Notes: generated from the sequence alone by a model not told the origin. DNA of 64,000 nt from an uncultured Chthonomonadaceae bacterium (GCA_963817895.1 CAWFQB010000005.1:224001-288000), one strand, 5' to 3'. Shown: positions 1 through 9,286, numbered from the stretch's first letter. Numbers and translations are program-made.

Positions 1-69
1 AAACAACACCATGCCGACGGAACCACAATCTCGGAATGGGAAGAAGCCGACGAAGAAGTAGAACCCTGA
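1..69 (+). CDS. 3' end of an unidentified CDS (partial)
   Basis: Frame 1 reads KQHHADGTTISEWEEADEEVEP then TGA at 67-69; too short to identify. Confidence 0.4.
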   Translation, partial: KQHHADGTTISEWEEADEEVEP

Positions 70-95
70 CACCTATTCAGCGCAACGACGCATCC

Positions 96-153
96 GCGTC
101 CGAAGGACGCTTAGCGGAACGCTACACAGACGGGTACGTTCTCTGTACCCGTC
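96..153 (+). repeat. three-hairpin dispersed element, copy 1
   Basis: GCGTCC-GAA-GGACGC, TAGCG-GAA-CGCTA, GACGGGTAC-GTTCTCT-GTACCCGTC; related copies at 1740 and 37218. Confidence 0.85.
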
Positions 154-187
154 CTGCGCCTGATATATCCATACGGACAAGCTCACT

Positions 188-1639
188 ATGAAACAAACCG
201 ATCCCCGCCACAATCAACAACCCGCTTTCCTGTCCCGCCGCGATATGCTGCGAACCTGCGGAACCGGCTTCGGCATGCTAGGTTTAGCAAGTTTGCTATC
301 CAGCGAATCGAAGGCTGCAGGAGCAGGACACTCTCAACCCTCACCCCCTCTTACCGGAAAAGCGCCCATGTATCCGGCGCGGTGCAAGAGGGTGATATTC
401 CTGTTCATGGCGGGCGGGCCGTCGCATGTGGATACGTTCGATCCCAAGCCGCGCCTGATAACCGACAACGGCAAGCCGCTCCCCTTCGCCAAACCTTCGC
501 TGGAGCGCACCAAAACCGGCAATCTCCTCGCGTCGCCATTCGGCTTCAAGAAGTACGGGCAGTCCGGCATTGAGGTGTCCGACCTGTTTCCCCATGTGGC
601 GCGGCATGTGGATGACCTGTGCGTTATCCGCTCGATGGTGGCGGACAACATCAACCACAACGGCGCGTGTCTGCAAATGAACACGGGCGAACAGGCGTTT
701 TCGCGCCCCAGTTTGGGTTCGTGGCTCACCTATGGGCTTGGCAGCGAAAACCAGAATCTGCCCGGTTTTATGGTTATCAGCCCCGCGCAGCCCGCGCAGG
801 GCGCGCCCCTGTGGAGCAGCAGTTTTCTGCCCGCTACCTATCAGGGGACGCTGGTTTCCGACCTGAAAAACCCCATTGCCAACCTGACGCATCCCGGCCT
901 GACGGACGGACAGCAGCGCGACCAACTGGATACTCTGCGCCAACTCAACGAACTGCATCACCAACAGCGTCCCGAAGACACGCAGCTTTCCGCCCGCATC
1001 GCCAGTTACGAACTTGCGTACCGGATGCAGATGCAGGCCCCCGAAGCGTTCGACGTGGGGAGTGAAAGCGCGGAAACCAAAAAACTGTACGGTATGGACG
1101 AGAAACCAACCGAGATTTTCGGTACGCAGTGTCTCATGGCGCGGCGGCTCGTGGAACGGGGCGTCCGATTCGTGCAGGTGTACCATACCGAAACCGCCAA
1201 ACGTTCCAGTTGCCAGTTGTGGGATCAGCACGGTGGCCTGAAAACGGAACTGCCCGCCAACTGCGTGGCAACCGACAAGCCTATCGCCGGACTGCTGGCC
1301 GATTTGAAAGCGCGGGGATTGCTGGAAGACACGCTTGTTATCTGGGGCGGCGAGTTCGGGCGGACGCCGACAGCCGAAAGTCAGGACGGGCGCGAGCATC
1401 ACCCGTTCGGCTTCACGATGTGGATGGCGGGGGGCGGCGTCAAGGGCGGAATCGTACACGGCGCGACCGATGACTTCGGCTGGCACGCCGCGCAGGACAT
1501 CGTTCACGTCCACGACCTCCACGCCACCATTCTGCACCTGATGGGACTTGACCACGAAAAACTCACGTACTTTTATGGAGGCCGTAATTATCGCCTGACG
1601 GACGTTTACGGGAAAGTTGTAAAAGAGATTCTGGCATGA
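188..1639 (+). CDS. DUF1501 family protein (alkaline-phosphatase/sulfatase-like fold) with Tat signal
   Basis: SRRDML Tat motif; motifs FLFMAGGPSHVDTFDPKP, ARRLVERGVRFVQ, WDQH, WGGEFGRTP, HVHDLHATILHLMG. Confidence 0.92.
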   Translation: MKQTDPRHNQQPAFLSRRDMLRTCGTGFGMLGLASLLSSESKAAGAGHSQPSPPLTGKAPMYPARCKRVIFLFMAGGPSHVDTFDPKPRLITDNGKPLPFAKPSLERTKTGNLLASPFGFKKYGQSGIEVSDLFPHVARHVDDLCVIRSMVADNINHNGACLQMNTGEQAFSRPSLGSWLTYGLGSENQNLPGFMVISPAQPAQGAPLWSSSFLPATYQGTLVSDLKNPIANLTHPGLTDGQQRDQLDTLRQLNELHHQQRPEDTQLSARIASYELAYRMQMQAPEAFDVGSESAETKKLYGMDEKPTEIFGTQCLMARRLVERGVRFVQVYHTETAKRSSCQLWDQHGGLKTELPANCVATDKPIAGLLADLKARGLLEDTLVIWGGEFGRTPTAESQDGREHHPFGFTMWMAGGGVKGGIVHGATDDFGWHAAQDIVHVHDLHATILHLMGLDHEKLTYFYGGRNYRLTDVYGKVVKEILA

Positions 1640-1656
1640 CCCTGTTACTCAAATGA

Positions 1657-1699
1657 GCAAAGTGCGCCCACATCAATCTATGTTGTGGGCGCGCTTTGT
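1657..1699. terminator. putative intrinsic terminator hairpin
   Basis: CAAAGTGCGCCCACA...TGTGGGCGCGCTTTG just after the DUF1501 stop, between convergent genes. Confidence 0.55.
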
Positions 1700-1739
1700 T
1701 GTCTCTGATGAATAAGCCACTTGAATCTTGGACGAATCC

Positions 1740-1796
1740 ACGTCCGAAGGACGTTTAGCCACAGGCTACTCAGACGGGTACGTTCTCTGTACCCGG
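1740..1796 (+). repeat. three-hairpin dispersed element, copy 2
   Basis: ACGTCC-GAA-GGACGT, TAGCC-ACA-GGCTA, CGGGTAC-GTTCTCT-GTACCCG. Confidence 0.85.
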
Positions 1797-1803
1797 AAAT
1801 TTG

Positions 1804-2721
1804 CTACTTCGCGTCAGCCTTCTTGTCGTCCTTCTTCGCCGGCTTGTCTTTACCGTCGTCTTTGAGGAGGACAACAGACATTTCAGACGTGCTTTTCTTG
1901 CCGAAAATACCGCCTTCGCTTTCGGTTGTGGCAACCGCTTTAATCAGTTTGCCGGACGCGACTTCGAGGTTGCTGACGCCCGTTGTATGCGATTTGACAT
2001 CCAGTTTTTCGCCGGGATTGAACGGATTGTCCATAGAAACCTGGCTGTCGGATATGGTTTTAATTTTCAGCGTGGGTACGCCGTCTACGGTTTCCAGTCC
2101 CACCAGCGTAGCCGTGCCGGTCATGCTCAACGGGGCTTTCTCCCCGGCCTTCGGTTTGGCCGCGTCAATCTTCCACGTATCGCCGATTTTCACGGGCTTT
2201 GACGGGTACAAACCCGGCTGCGTGACGCTGTTGAGCATTTGCGCGCCCGGTCCCTGCGTGACCTGTGGCCCGCCACCCTCGATTTTGGTTGTCAGGATAT
2301 GTCCCGTCTTGTCTACGGTTGTCGTGACCGTCGGCATCTGCGAGGTCATGTCCTGATCCAGTTCATTGAATTTCACGCTGGCGGATTCAAACTCGCCCAG
2401 CAGCGTGGCTGTGCCGTCCGGGGTGACGCTTTGCACCGTCTCTTTTTGCAGCAGCGTCGTCACAATGTTCACATCCCCGCCCGCCGCGGGAATGTTTCCT
2501 TTGATGTTTACTTCGATTTTGTAGCGGTTCGTTTGTTTGGCGGTGTAAGCGCGCGCGATGGTATAGGTTTTGTCGCCGGCTTTCGCCGCGTCGGCGTCCT
2601 GAAGCGCCAGAGTAGGACGGGCGGCCAGTGTCAGCGCGCCGGTGAGCAGCACGGGAACAAGCGCGAACGCGCTTCCAACAGAAAGGGCGCGGTTATTCGC
2701 GCGTGAAAACAGGGTCGGCAT
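1804..2721 (-). CDS. secreted hypothetical protein, beta-strand rich
   Basis: GAGGAG RBS before ATG at 2721; signal peptide ending about TLALQDA; Lys/Asp-rich tail. Confidence 0.75.
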   Translation of the reverse strand: MPTLFSRANNRALSVGSAFALVPVLLTGALTLAARPTLALQDADAAKAGDKTYTIARAYTAKQTNRYKIEVNIKGNIPAAGGDVNIVTTLLQKETVQSVTPDGTATLLGEFESASVKFNELDQDMTSQMPTVTTTVDKTGHILTTKIEGGGPQVTQGPGAQMLNSVTQPGLYPSKPVKIGDTWKIDAAKPKAGEKAPLSMTGTATLVGLETVDGVPTLKIKTISDSQVSMDNPFNPGEKLDVKSHTTGVSNLEVASGKLIKAVATTESEGGIFGKKSTSEMSVVLLKDDGKDKPAKKDDKKADAK

Positions 2722-2825
2722 CGAAAATTCTCCTCGGATCAGCATGGCAAATGCAGCGAACAAACGCCGCTTTATAGGAATATGATACATCATTTTCAGG
2801 AATCTTGCGGCGCGGCAACCCTGTG

Positions 2826-3704
2826 TCAGGGAAGCAGGCTCGAATCAGCAGACGAGGCGGGAGGCAGCGCCGTTTCACTATCTGTGGATGGCGCGGCAGG
2901 CGGAACCGGTGAAGACCGCAGGGGACGCAGCGCGAACAGCATGGGGCGGCCTGTGACGGGATTGCGGCCCACCTGCGCTTCGCCCCCGTATGCTGTTCGC
3001 AGATGCTCCGGCAGCAGGGTTTCTTCAGCCGTACCCTGCGCCAGTATCTGCCCGTCGCGCATCAGTATCAGCCGGTCACAAAACTCCGCCGCCTGATTTA
3101 GATCGTGCAGGGCGGCAAGCGCGCCGACAGGCTTGTTCGCGTCTCGCGTGATGGCCCGCGTCCGTTCCAGCAGTTCCACCTGATGCGTGATGTCGAGATG
3201 CGCGGTCGGCTCGTCCAGTAGGAGGAGGGGCGTTTGCTGCGCCAGTCCCCGCGCCAGCAACACGCGCCGATGTTCCCCGCCCGACAGTTCCATAATGGAA
3301 CGCGCTTTCAAATGCGTAATGTCCACCTCTTCCAGCGCGCGTTCCACAATCGCGTAATCTTCGGGAGTTGGTCCGCGCCGTCCCTGCCGGTGTGGAAATC
3401 GCCCCATCAAAACAACATCCTGCACCGTGAATTCAAATGCCGCTGTTTCCTGCTGCGGCACGAAGGCAACGCGCCGCGCAATGTCTCGACTGGCAAATTC
3501 CGTCAGCCGCCGCCCCTCCAGCCACACGCTGCCGATTCGCGGACGCAGCACGCCTGACAGCAGGCGCAGCAACGTGGATTTGCCGCACCCGTTAGGCCCG
3601 ATCAACCCGACAAACTCGCCCGACGCGACGGCAAGGCTGACATCGCGCACAACGTCCTTGCTTCCATATCCCCCGGTTACGCTCCGCGCTTCCAATCGCA
3701 TCAT
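2826..3704 (-). CDS. iron-siderophore/heme/cobalamin ABC transporter ATP-binding protein
   Basis: Walker A GPNGCGKST, signature LSGGE, Walker B LLLDEPTAHLD, ALHDLNQAAEFCD. Confidence 0.9.
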   Translation of the reverse strand: MMRLEARSVTGGYGSKDVVRDVSLAVASGEFVGLIGPNGCGKSTLLRLLSGVLRPRIGSVWLEGRRLTEFASRDIARRVAFVPQQETAAFEFTVQDVVLMGRFPHRQGRRGPTPEDYAIVERALEEVDITHLKARSIMELSGGEHRRVLLARGLAQQTPLLLLDEPTAHLDITHQVELLERTRAITRDANKPVGALAALHDLNQAAEFCDRLILMRDGQILAQGTAEETLLPEHLRTAYGGEAQVGRNPVTGRPMLFALRPLRSSPVPPAAPSTDSETALPPASSADSSLLP

Positions 3705-3722
3705 GTTTATGAGTATACCAGC

Positions 3723-3839
3723 AGGAGTAGGTTGTTGAGTTGTTAGGTTGTTAGTTGTGAGGCGCTACAAACAAGTATAGCCCCTGAAACCATATTAACC
3801 TAACAACCTAACAACCTAACAACTCAACAACCTACTCCT
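3723..3839. repeat. inverted-repeat element with periodic (G)GTTGTTA arms
   Basis: 32-bp arm AGGAGTAGGTTGTTGAGTTGTTAGGTTGTTAG at 3723 has its exact reverse complement at 3808-3839. Confidence 0.85.
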
Positions 3840-4824
3840 TAAACATAGAATGTGGATGGACACGCAAACGGGTTATGATAACTTCGTCGGGGGCGATGTT
3901 GATTTGTTTCAGTGCCAGCAGAATGGCTCCGGCAGATGAGGACAGGACAGGCGTTGCCAGATGATACGTGTTCGGGGCGCAGGCATACAGATGTTCGGCG
4001 ACGGCCTGCTGCATGTACGGACTGCGGGCCGCGCTGCCGATCAGCGCAACCGAAATGGGGCGCAGAGCAAACCCGGCTCCGAGCAGACGAATGCTGACGC
4101 TGATCTGCTCTGCGGCTTCCCGGCAAACAGCGCGGGGCAGGGGCGCTCCCGCCTGCGCGAATTGCGTGACAAGGGGAGCCATGCGGCCCCATTTGTGAAT
4201 CTTGTCCGTCCACGCCTGCGCGCCCCACAGGGACGCGGCCTGCCACAGTTCTGCAACGCTTGCCGCTTCCCAGAAGTGCAGGACGGCCTGCGCGAACGCG
4301 CCGTCCTCCTGTCCATAGTCGCCCGCGAGAAGCCGATGCAGGCAGCGCAATGTCAGGGCGCGGGCGGCGGTGTCCGCGTACTGGTTGAAATCATAGTTGC
4401 GCAGTTCGCGCCCGGTTTCGTTGACGCCGAAAGTGATGGCTCCCGTGCCTGCGATCACAATGATGCCGGGTTGGGAAAGCAATGCGCCCGCATGGGCTAC
4501 AACCGAGTCGTTGACGTGAAGGCGCGGCCCACCCATCGCGTCATTGTGGGTCAGGCGTTGCGCCCACTCCTGATCTTCGGGTTTGTCCAATCCCGCCAGT
4601 CCCGCGACGAGGGCGCGAACATCGGCAAGGCTGCGCCCCGCATGGTCCAGCGCGGCCTGCGCTGCCGTTTGCAGATGCCGACGCGCATCCTCTTCCCGAT
4701 TGTGAGAAACGCTTGCGCCGCCCGCTTCGGCGTACCCAAGCGGCTGCCCGTCCAGCCCGCAGCACAATGCCCGCGTCACGGTTCCGCCCCCGTCAAGTCC
4801 GACAACAACACCGCGCTCGTCCAT
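3832..4824 (-). CDS. BadF/BadG/BcrA/BcrD-type sugar kinase (N-acetylglucosamine kinase-like)
   Basis: VGLDGGGT phosphate motif, GLAGLD, VNDS, IAGTG. Confidence 0.85.
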   Translation of the reverse strand: MDERGVVVGLDGGGTVTRALCCGLDGQPLGYAEAGGASVSHNREEDARRHLQTAAQAALDHAGRSLADVRALVAGLAGLDKPEDQEWAQRLTHNDAMGGPRLHVNDSVVAHAGALLSQPGIIVIAGTGAITFGVNETGRELRNYDFNQYADTAARALTLRCLHRLLAGDYGQEDGAFAQAVLHFWEAASVAELWQAASLWGAQAWTDKIHKWGRMAPLVTQFAQAGAPLPRAVCREAAEQISVSIRLLGAGFALRPISVALIGSAARSPYMQQAVAEHLYACAPNTYHLATPVLSSSAGAILLALKQINIAPDEVIITRLRVHPHSMFKE

Positions 4825-4839
4825 GCGTCGCTTTCTCTC

Positions 4840-5043
4840 CTATTTGTCCTGCGGGGTTGAGGGCGCAGGCGTACCGGATTTCGGGGCGGATTTCGGTTTG
4901 ACGGTTCCATGTGGCGCGGAGGGTTCGGGCGCATCCAGCGCGTCCTCGGCTTTATGCAGCGAACCGATATACGCATTGATGCCCAGTGCGCCGGCAAGGA
5001 TGACTGCCAGCAGAACGATAATTATCTTCGCGTTTTTGCCCAT
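4840..5043 (-). CDS. small single-pass membrane/secreted protein
   Basis: GGAGG RBS, basic N-terminus followed by a hydrophobic helix, Pro-rich tail; 67 aa. Confidence 0.65.
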   Translation of the reverse strand: MGKNAKIIIVLLAVILAGALGINAYIGSLHKAEDALDAPEPSAPHGTVKPKSAPKSGTPAPSTPQDK

Positions 5044-5214
5044 CGCGGTTTGCCTCCCTCAAATAAATCAAAAATAAAAACAGTGGAGTGTGATGCTTCA
5101 GAATACCTCAAAACCTCTGCATGAATGTTGCGACATTCCATATCGCCAAATTAGGCCCTGTTCCACGCCGCGTGTGCTACAATATCTTTTGCCTGAATCC
5201 TCAAAGCAACCATC

Positions 5215-5258
5215 TCCCCTTGCCCATGCTTTTTTGGGAGAGGGGCCGGGGTGAGGGC
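5215..5258 (+). repeat. REP-like hairpin (CCCCTCTCCC...GGGAGAGGGG-nnGGGGTGAGGGC type)
   Basis: Similar copy at 28374-28413; related element at 50685-50881. Confidence 0.65.
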
Positions 5259-5290
5259 CTTATTCAAACTTGCTTTAGGAATTTGAACTT

Positions 5291-8071
5291 ATGCCCTCTC
5301 TGACAGAAGCGATTTACAGCCTGCCGACGGAACGCCTGCGCAAACTGGTGCAGGCGCGGCGGCTGGACGCGAAAAAACTCGCGCTGATTCCCAACAAACG
5401 ACAACTGGCGCAGTTTCTCAGCGGTGAATTGAACAAGCCCGTCTCGGTCTCGGAAGCCATTACGCAGTGCAACGCCCGCGAACTCCGCCTGCTGCAACTG
5501 CTGATGGTGACGGAACTCGGTCAGGCGATGTCGTGGGAGAAACTGCTGGAGATGGCGGGCGGCGCGGCTCTCAACGATGCTATCGGCGCGGTCATGGCGC
5601 GGCTGGAAGAGCTGGGACTGGCGTTTCGAGTAGGCAAAAACGTCCTGATGCCCGACCCTGTGCGCTCCTATGTGCCGGCTTCCCTGTCGGACCGCTACAC
5701 GCTGGAACGCTGTCTGGAACAGTACGACGCGATCAGTCTCAAACGCATTTGCGCCACTCTGGGATTGCCGCAGGACACCAAGCCGATCAACATCAGGGCC
5801 ATCAAAGCGGTTCTGCTGGAACCCAACGGCATCGCGAGCATGAAAAAACCGCTGACGGAAGACGAAGTGGCGGTGCTTGAGTTCATCATGCAATCCAACG
5901 GGGACGCGACGGCTCTGGAAGTGGCGACGGTCGTGCTGAAGGGACAAACGGAAGATTTCTTTCGCTACGACTGGCAAAACCGCTGGAAAATGGGCAATGA
6001 GCGCAACGCCATTGACACCCTTCTGGCGCGGGGTATCCTGCATGTCGTCGCGTATGGCTATGGCTACAATCTGTTTCTGATTATACCCGGCGACCTGCTG
6101 CGGGTTCTGGCGGGCGGCGGCGACATGACTTTCTGGACCGCGCCGCCCCTCGCGCCGGTTCCCCTGAAAGCGCCCCCGGATTATACCACGCGGCATCCGG
6201 GCCTGCTGCGCGATGTGGTGAGTTTAATGGGGTTTGTCAGCGTTCAGGACGCCGCGCGAACGAGTACTGGTCATATCCATAAAACAAGTTTGAAAAATCT
6301 GGCGCGGACGCTGAGTATTCCCGAAGAGCGCTATGCCAGTTTCCTGTACGCCGTGTGCCGCGAATCGGGCCTGGTTTCCGCGCAAACCGAACGGCAGGTT
6401 TATAAAATGACGGATACGGGCGCGTCGTGGCTGCATTGGGACAGCCTGACGCAACTCCAAACCCTCGCGGACGCCTGGCGCAAAGGCATGTTGTGGAGCG
6501 AGATGTACAACGACCCGCTGCATAAAGCCAACGATTACCGTTCACAGGAGGCCGTTGTTCGGATGCGGCAGTCCGCGCTCAGTATCGTCGTCCAGACGCC
6601 CCCGCAAAACGCCCCGTCAGGCGTTGCCGCACCCATCACCGCAACCGGCAAAGCCGTCGGGGGTAAGGCTGCGGCAGGGAAAGTCTCTGCGGCACAAACC
6701 GCGCCCCTCGCCGCGCCAACGACAGAAAGCGCCGCGCCCCCGGCAACAAACGACACGGACGCGCTGTTCTACAATCTGGATTCCATTACGGAAACGCTGG
6801 CGTTCCAAACGCCCCTCCTGCTGGCGCAAAGCGCGTCTATGGGACCCGATCTGGTTCCCGCGCCCAACGTGTTTATCCGCCTGCTCGTGTGCGAGTGCCT
6901 GTACTGGCTCGGCCTGGTGGAACTGGCGGGGGAGGGGAGCAGGGAGCAGGGAACAGGGAACAGGGAAGAGCTGCAATCGGCAATCGGCAATCGAAAATCG
7001 TCAGTAGAGAATTCCTCAACTCGTGGCGCAGCCGGTCAGAAGCAAATGTTGCCGCAGGCCGAGGGGTACCGCCTGACGCCGATGGGAAGGTTTTTGCTGG
7101 GCGTAGAGGGCGCGGCGACGCCCCCGCCCGATCCTCGCGAAGACCAGCTTATCGTGCAGGCGAACGGCGAGATATTTCTGTCGCCCTATCTGGAACCCGC
7201 CACTCTGTACCATCTGCTTGCCATGACTGACCCGCCCGCGAAGGGAGGAACGGGCAACACGGTCAGCCTGACACGCGAAAGCATCCGCCGCTGTCTGGAT
7301 CAGGGCGCGAACACGCGAGACATTCTGGCGTTTTTGCAGGCGCATGCGCGAACGGGGATTCCGCAAAACGTGGAATACCTCATCAACGACGTGGGCGGCA
7401 AGCATGGTCATATCCACATCGGCAGGGCGCAAATGTACGTGCAGGTGGATACGCCCCTGTTGCTCAAAGAACTGGAAGCCCGCCGGGAACTGAAGCCCTA
7501 TTTCGTGCGCAGCCTGAGCGATACCGTCGCCATTTTGAAGGCGGACGATCCCGATAAGCTGCTGCGCGAACTCCGCAAAGCCGGGTATCTGCCCGTTTCC
7601 GACGATGAAACGCCGCGCACCGCGCTGAACCTCAAACCCAAACCCGCGCCGCCCGCCGCGCCCCCGATCACGCATGTAGACGACAAGAGGACCAACCGCC
7701 CCGCCAAAGCGGATGCCACTCTGGATTGGGATCGTATTGCGCAGGAGGATGGCAAGCCCTGGGAGAAAGGCAACACGGCGTCCACAGCCATTGTCGCCAA
7801 CAGCGGCGGACCCACTACCGGAACCACCAGCAACCTGGTACGCAATCAAACCCTGATAAAAACCCTGCTGATGCAGGCCAGCAAAACCAATACCGTTGTT
7901 GAAATCGAATATCTGGAAATGGGCAAGCCTACTCTGGCCCGCCGCGAAGTGGAACCGGAGCGCGTCATTGGCGGCATCCTCAGCGCGTATGACCGCCTGA
8001 CCGGAGAGCATCAAAACTTCAACATCTCCCGCATCCAGTGGGCGCGCCTGACCGGAGAAATATTCGAGTGA
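5291..8071 (+). CDS. helicase-associated (Helicase_C_3-like) domain protein with C-terminal WYL-like domain
   Basis: LIVQANGEI...LTRESIRRCLDQG...IPQNVEYLIND resembles the XPB-associated Helicase_C_3 domain; C-terminal VVEIEY...RREVEP...SAYD...FNISRI resembles WYL; no Walker motifs. Confidence 0.8.
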   Translation: MPSLTEAIYSLPTERLRKLVQARRLDAKKLALIPNKRQLAQFLSGELNKPVSVSEAITQCNARELRLLQLLMVTELGQAMSWEKLLEMAGGAALNDAIGAVMARLEELGLAFRVGKNVLMPDPVRSYVPASLSDRYTLERCLEQYDAISLKRICATLGLPQDTKPINIRAIKAVLLEPNGIASMKKPLTEDEVAVLEFIMQSNGDATALEVATVVLKGQTEDFFRYDWQNRWKMGNERNAIDTLLARGILHVVAYGYGYNLFLIIPGDLLRVLAGGGDMTFWTAPPLAPVPLKAPPDYTTRHPGLLRDVVSLMGFVSVQDAARTSTGHIHKTSLKNLARTLSIPEERYASFLYAVCRESGLVSAQTERQVYKMTDTGASWLHWDSLTQLQTLADAWRKGMLWSEMYNDPLHKANDYRSQEAVVRMRQSALSIVVQTPPQNAPSGVAAPITATGKAVGGKAAAGKVSAAQTAPLAAPTTESAAPPATNDTDALFYNLDSITETLAFQTPLLLAQSASMGPDLVPAPNVFIRLLVCECLYWLGLVELAGEGSREQGTGNREELQSAIGNRKSSVENSSTRGAAGQKQMLPQAEGYRLTPMGRFLLGVEGAATPPPDPREDQLIVQANGEIFLSPYLEPATLYHLLAMTDPPAKGGTGNTVSLTRESIRRCLDQGANTRDILAFLQAHARTGIPQNVEYLINDVGGKHGHIHIGRAQMYVQVDTPLLLKELEARRELKPYFVRSLSDTVAILKADDPDKLLRELRKAGYLPVSDDETPRTALNLKPKPAPPAAPPITHVDDKRTNRPAKADATLDWDRIAQEDGKPWEKGNTASTAIVANSGGPTTGTTSNLVRNQTLIKTLLMQASKTNTVVEIEYLEMGKPTLARREVEPERVIGGILSAYDRLTGEHQNFNISRIQWARLTGEIFE

Positions 8072-8075
8072 AAGA

Positions 8076-8183
8076 TAGGTTGTTAGTTGTCAGGTTGTTA
8101 GTTGTCAGGGGCAGGCTATCGGCTTTGCTCACATCTGCCAACTAAATGAACTAACAACCTGACAACTAACAACTAACAACCTA
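8076..8183. repeat. inverted-repeat element with periodic GTTGTTA/GTTGTCAG arms
   Basis: TAGGTTGTTAGTTGTCAGGTTGTTAG... paired with ...CTAACAACCTGACAACTAACAACTAACAACCTA; same unit as 3723-3839. Confidence 0.8.
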
Positions 8184-8293
8184 ATCCGGGCGCAGATTAG
8201 CGTCTGCAACACGTATAAGTAGAAGGAAGACCAAGATTTACAGGGAGTAGGGCCGACATTAAGCGCGAAACAAAAAATATCTCTGCGCCACGC

Positions 8294-9097
8294 ATGACAA
8301 ACTGCCGAAAGTATGTTAGAATAAACGGCCTGTGTGGGAAAGAAGAAGAGAAGACAAGAGAAGACGAGAAGACGCAACGCATATCTTCATCCTTCATCCT
8401 TCATCCTTCATCCTTTGCTTTCACCCTGATCGAGTTGCTCGTGGTCATTGCCATCATTTCCATTCTGGCGGCGATTCTGTTTCCCGTCTTTGCGCAGGCG
8501 CGGGCAAAGGCGCGGCAAACAGCTTGCCTGTCCAACATGCGGCAGATGGGGTTTGCCGTGCAGATGTACGCGCAGGACGTGGATGAAACCCTGCCGCTGG
8601 CCGCAACCGCGACGGCAACAGGTTTTCTGAACTGGCACGACCTGCTGGATCCTTACGTAAAGAATAAACAGGTGTGGATTTGTCCCGACTCGCAATCGCC
8701 CATCGTGGACATCTACGGCAAGCCGGTCTGCCACTACGGCTGGAACGCCTATTACCTGAACCGGAACGGATTCAATCCGAACGTTCCGATAGATGTAAAC
8801 AACATCTACACGATCAACAACGCGCCCGGCGTGACGCTGGCCGAAGCTATGAAACCCGCGCATCTTGTGATAATGGGCGACAACCGGGGCATTGACGGCA
8901 AGATACCCGCCAACCATCTCAGCACCTATATGCTGCCGCCCTCGCAGCCGGATGCCGATTACTGGGGTCGCCCGGAACCGCGCCACACGGCAGGCGTGGT
9001 CGTCGGCCTGATGGACGGACACGTAAAGTGGTTTCATCCGGGTGGCTTTTACGTAGGGCAAAATCCTGCCGATGATTGGTTCGCGCTGAATCAGTGA
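8294..9097 (+). CDS. prepilin-type N-terminal cleavage/methylation protein with H-X9-DG domain (DUF1559-like)
   Basis: [41 protein letters not shown]-terminal [16 protein letters not shown]. Start codon uncertain. Confidence 0.9.
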   Translation: MTNCRKYVRINGLCGKEEEKTREDEKTQRISSSFILHPSSFAFTLIELLVVIAIISILAAILFPVFAQARAKARQTACLSNMRQMGFAVQMYAQDVDETLPLAATATATGFLNWHDLLDPYVKNKQVWICPDSQSPIVDIYGKPVCHYGWNAYYLNRNGFNPNVPIDVNNIYTINNAPGVTLAEAMKPAHLVIMGDNRGIDGKIPANHLSTYMLPPSQPDADYWGRPEPRHTAGVVVGLMDGHVKWFHPGGFYVGQNPADDWFALNQ

Positions 9098-9147
9098 GAG
9101 GGTGGTTGCGTCTATTAGTCCGTTAGTGTAGAACATAGAGGTATATT

Positions 9148-9286
9148 GGTAGGGGTTCTGCTTGCTGAACCCTCCTACAAAGGGCTAAACCCCCATAAAG
9201 GGCTGAACCATCCTCATATCAAGGCGCAGCAACCGTTCGCAGAGGGCGCAGCAGCTATGTTGGGCGCAGCAAGCAGCGCCCCTACC
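9148..9286. repeat. GTAG-type REP doublet (REPIN-like)
   Basis: GGTAGGGGTTCTGCTTGCTGAACCC at 9148 and inverted GGTAGGGGCGCTGCTTGCTGCGCCC at 9262-9286; degenerate partial units lie between. Confidence 0.75.
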
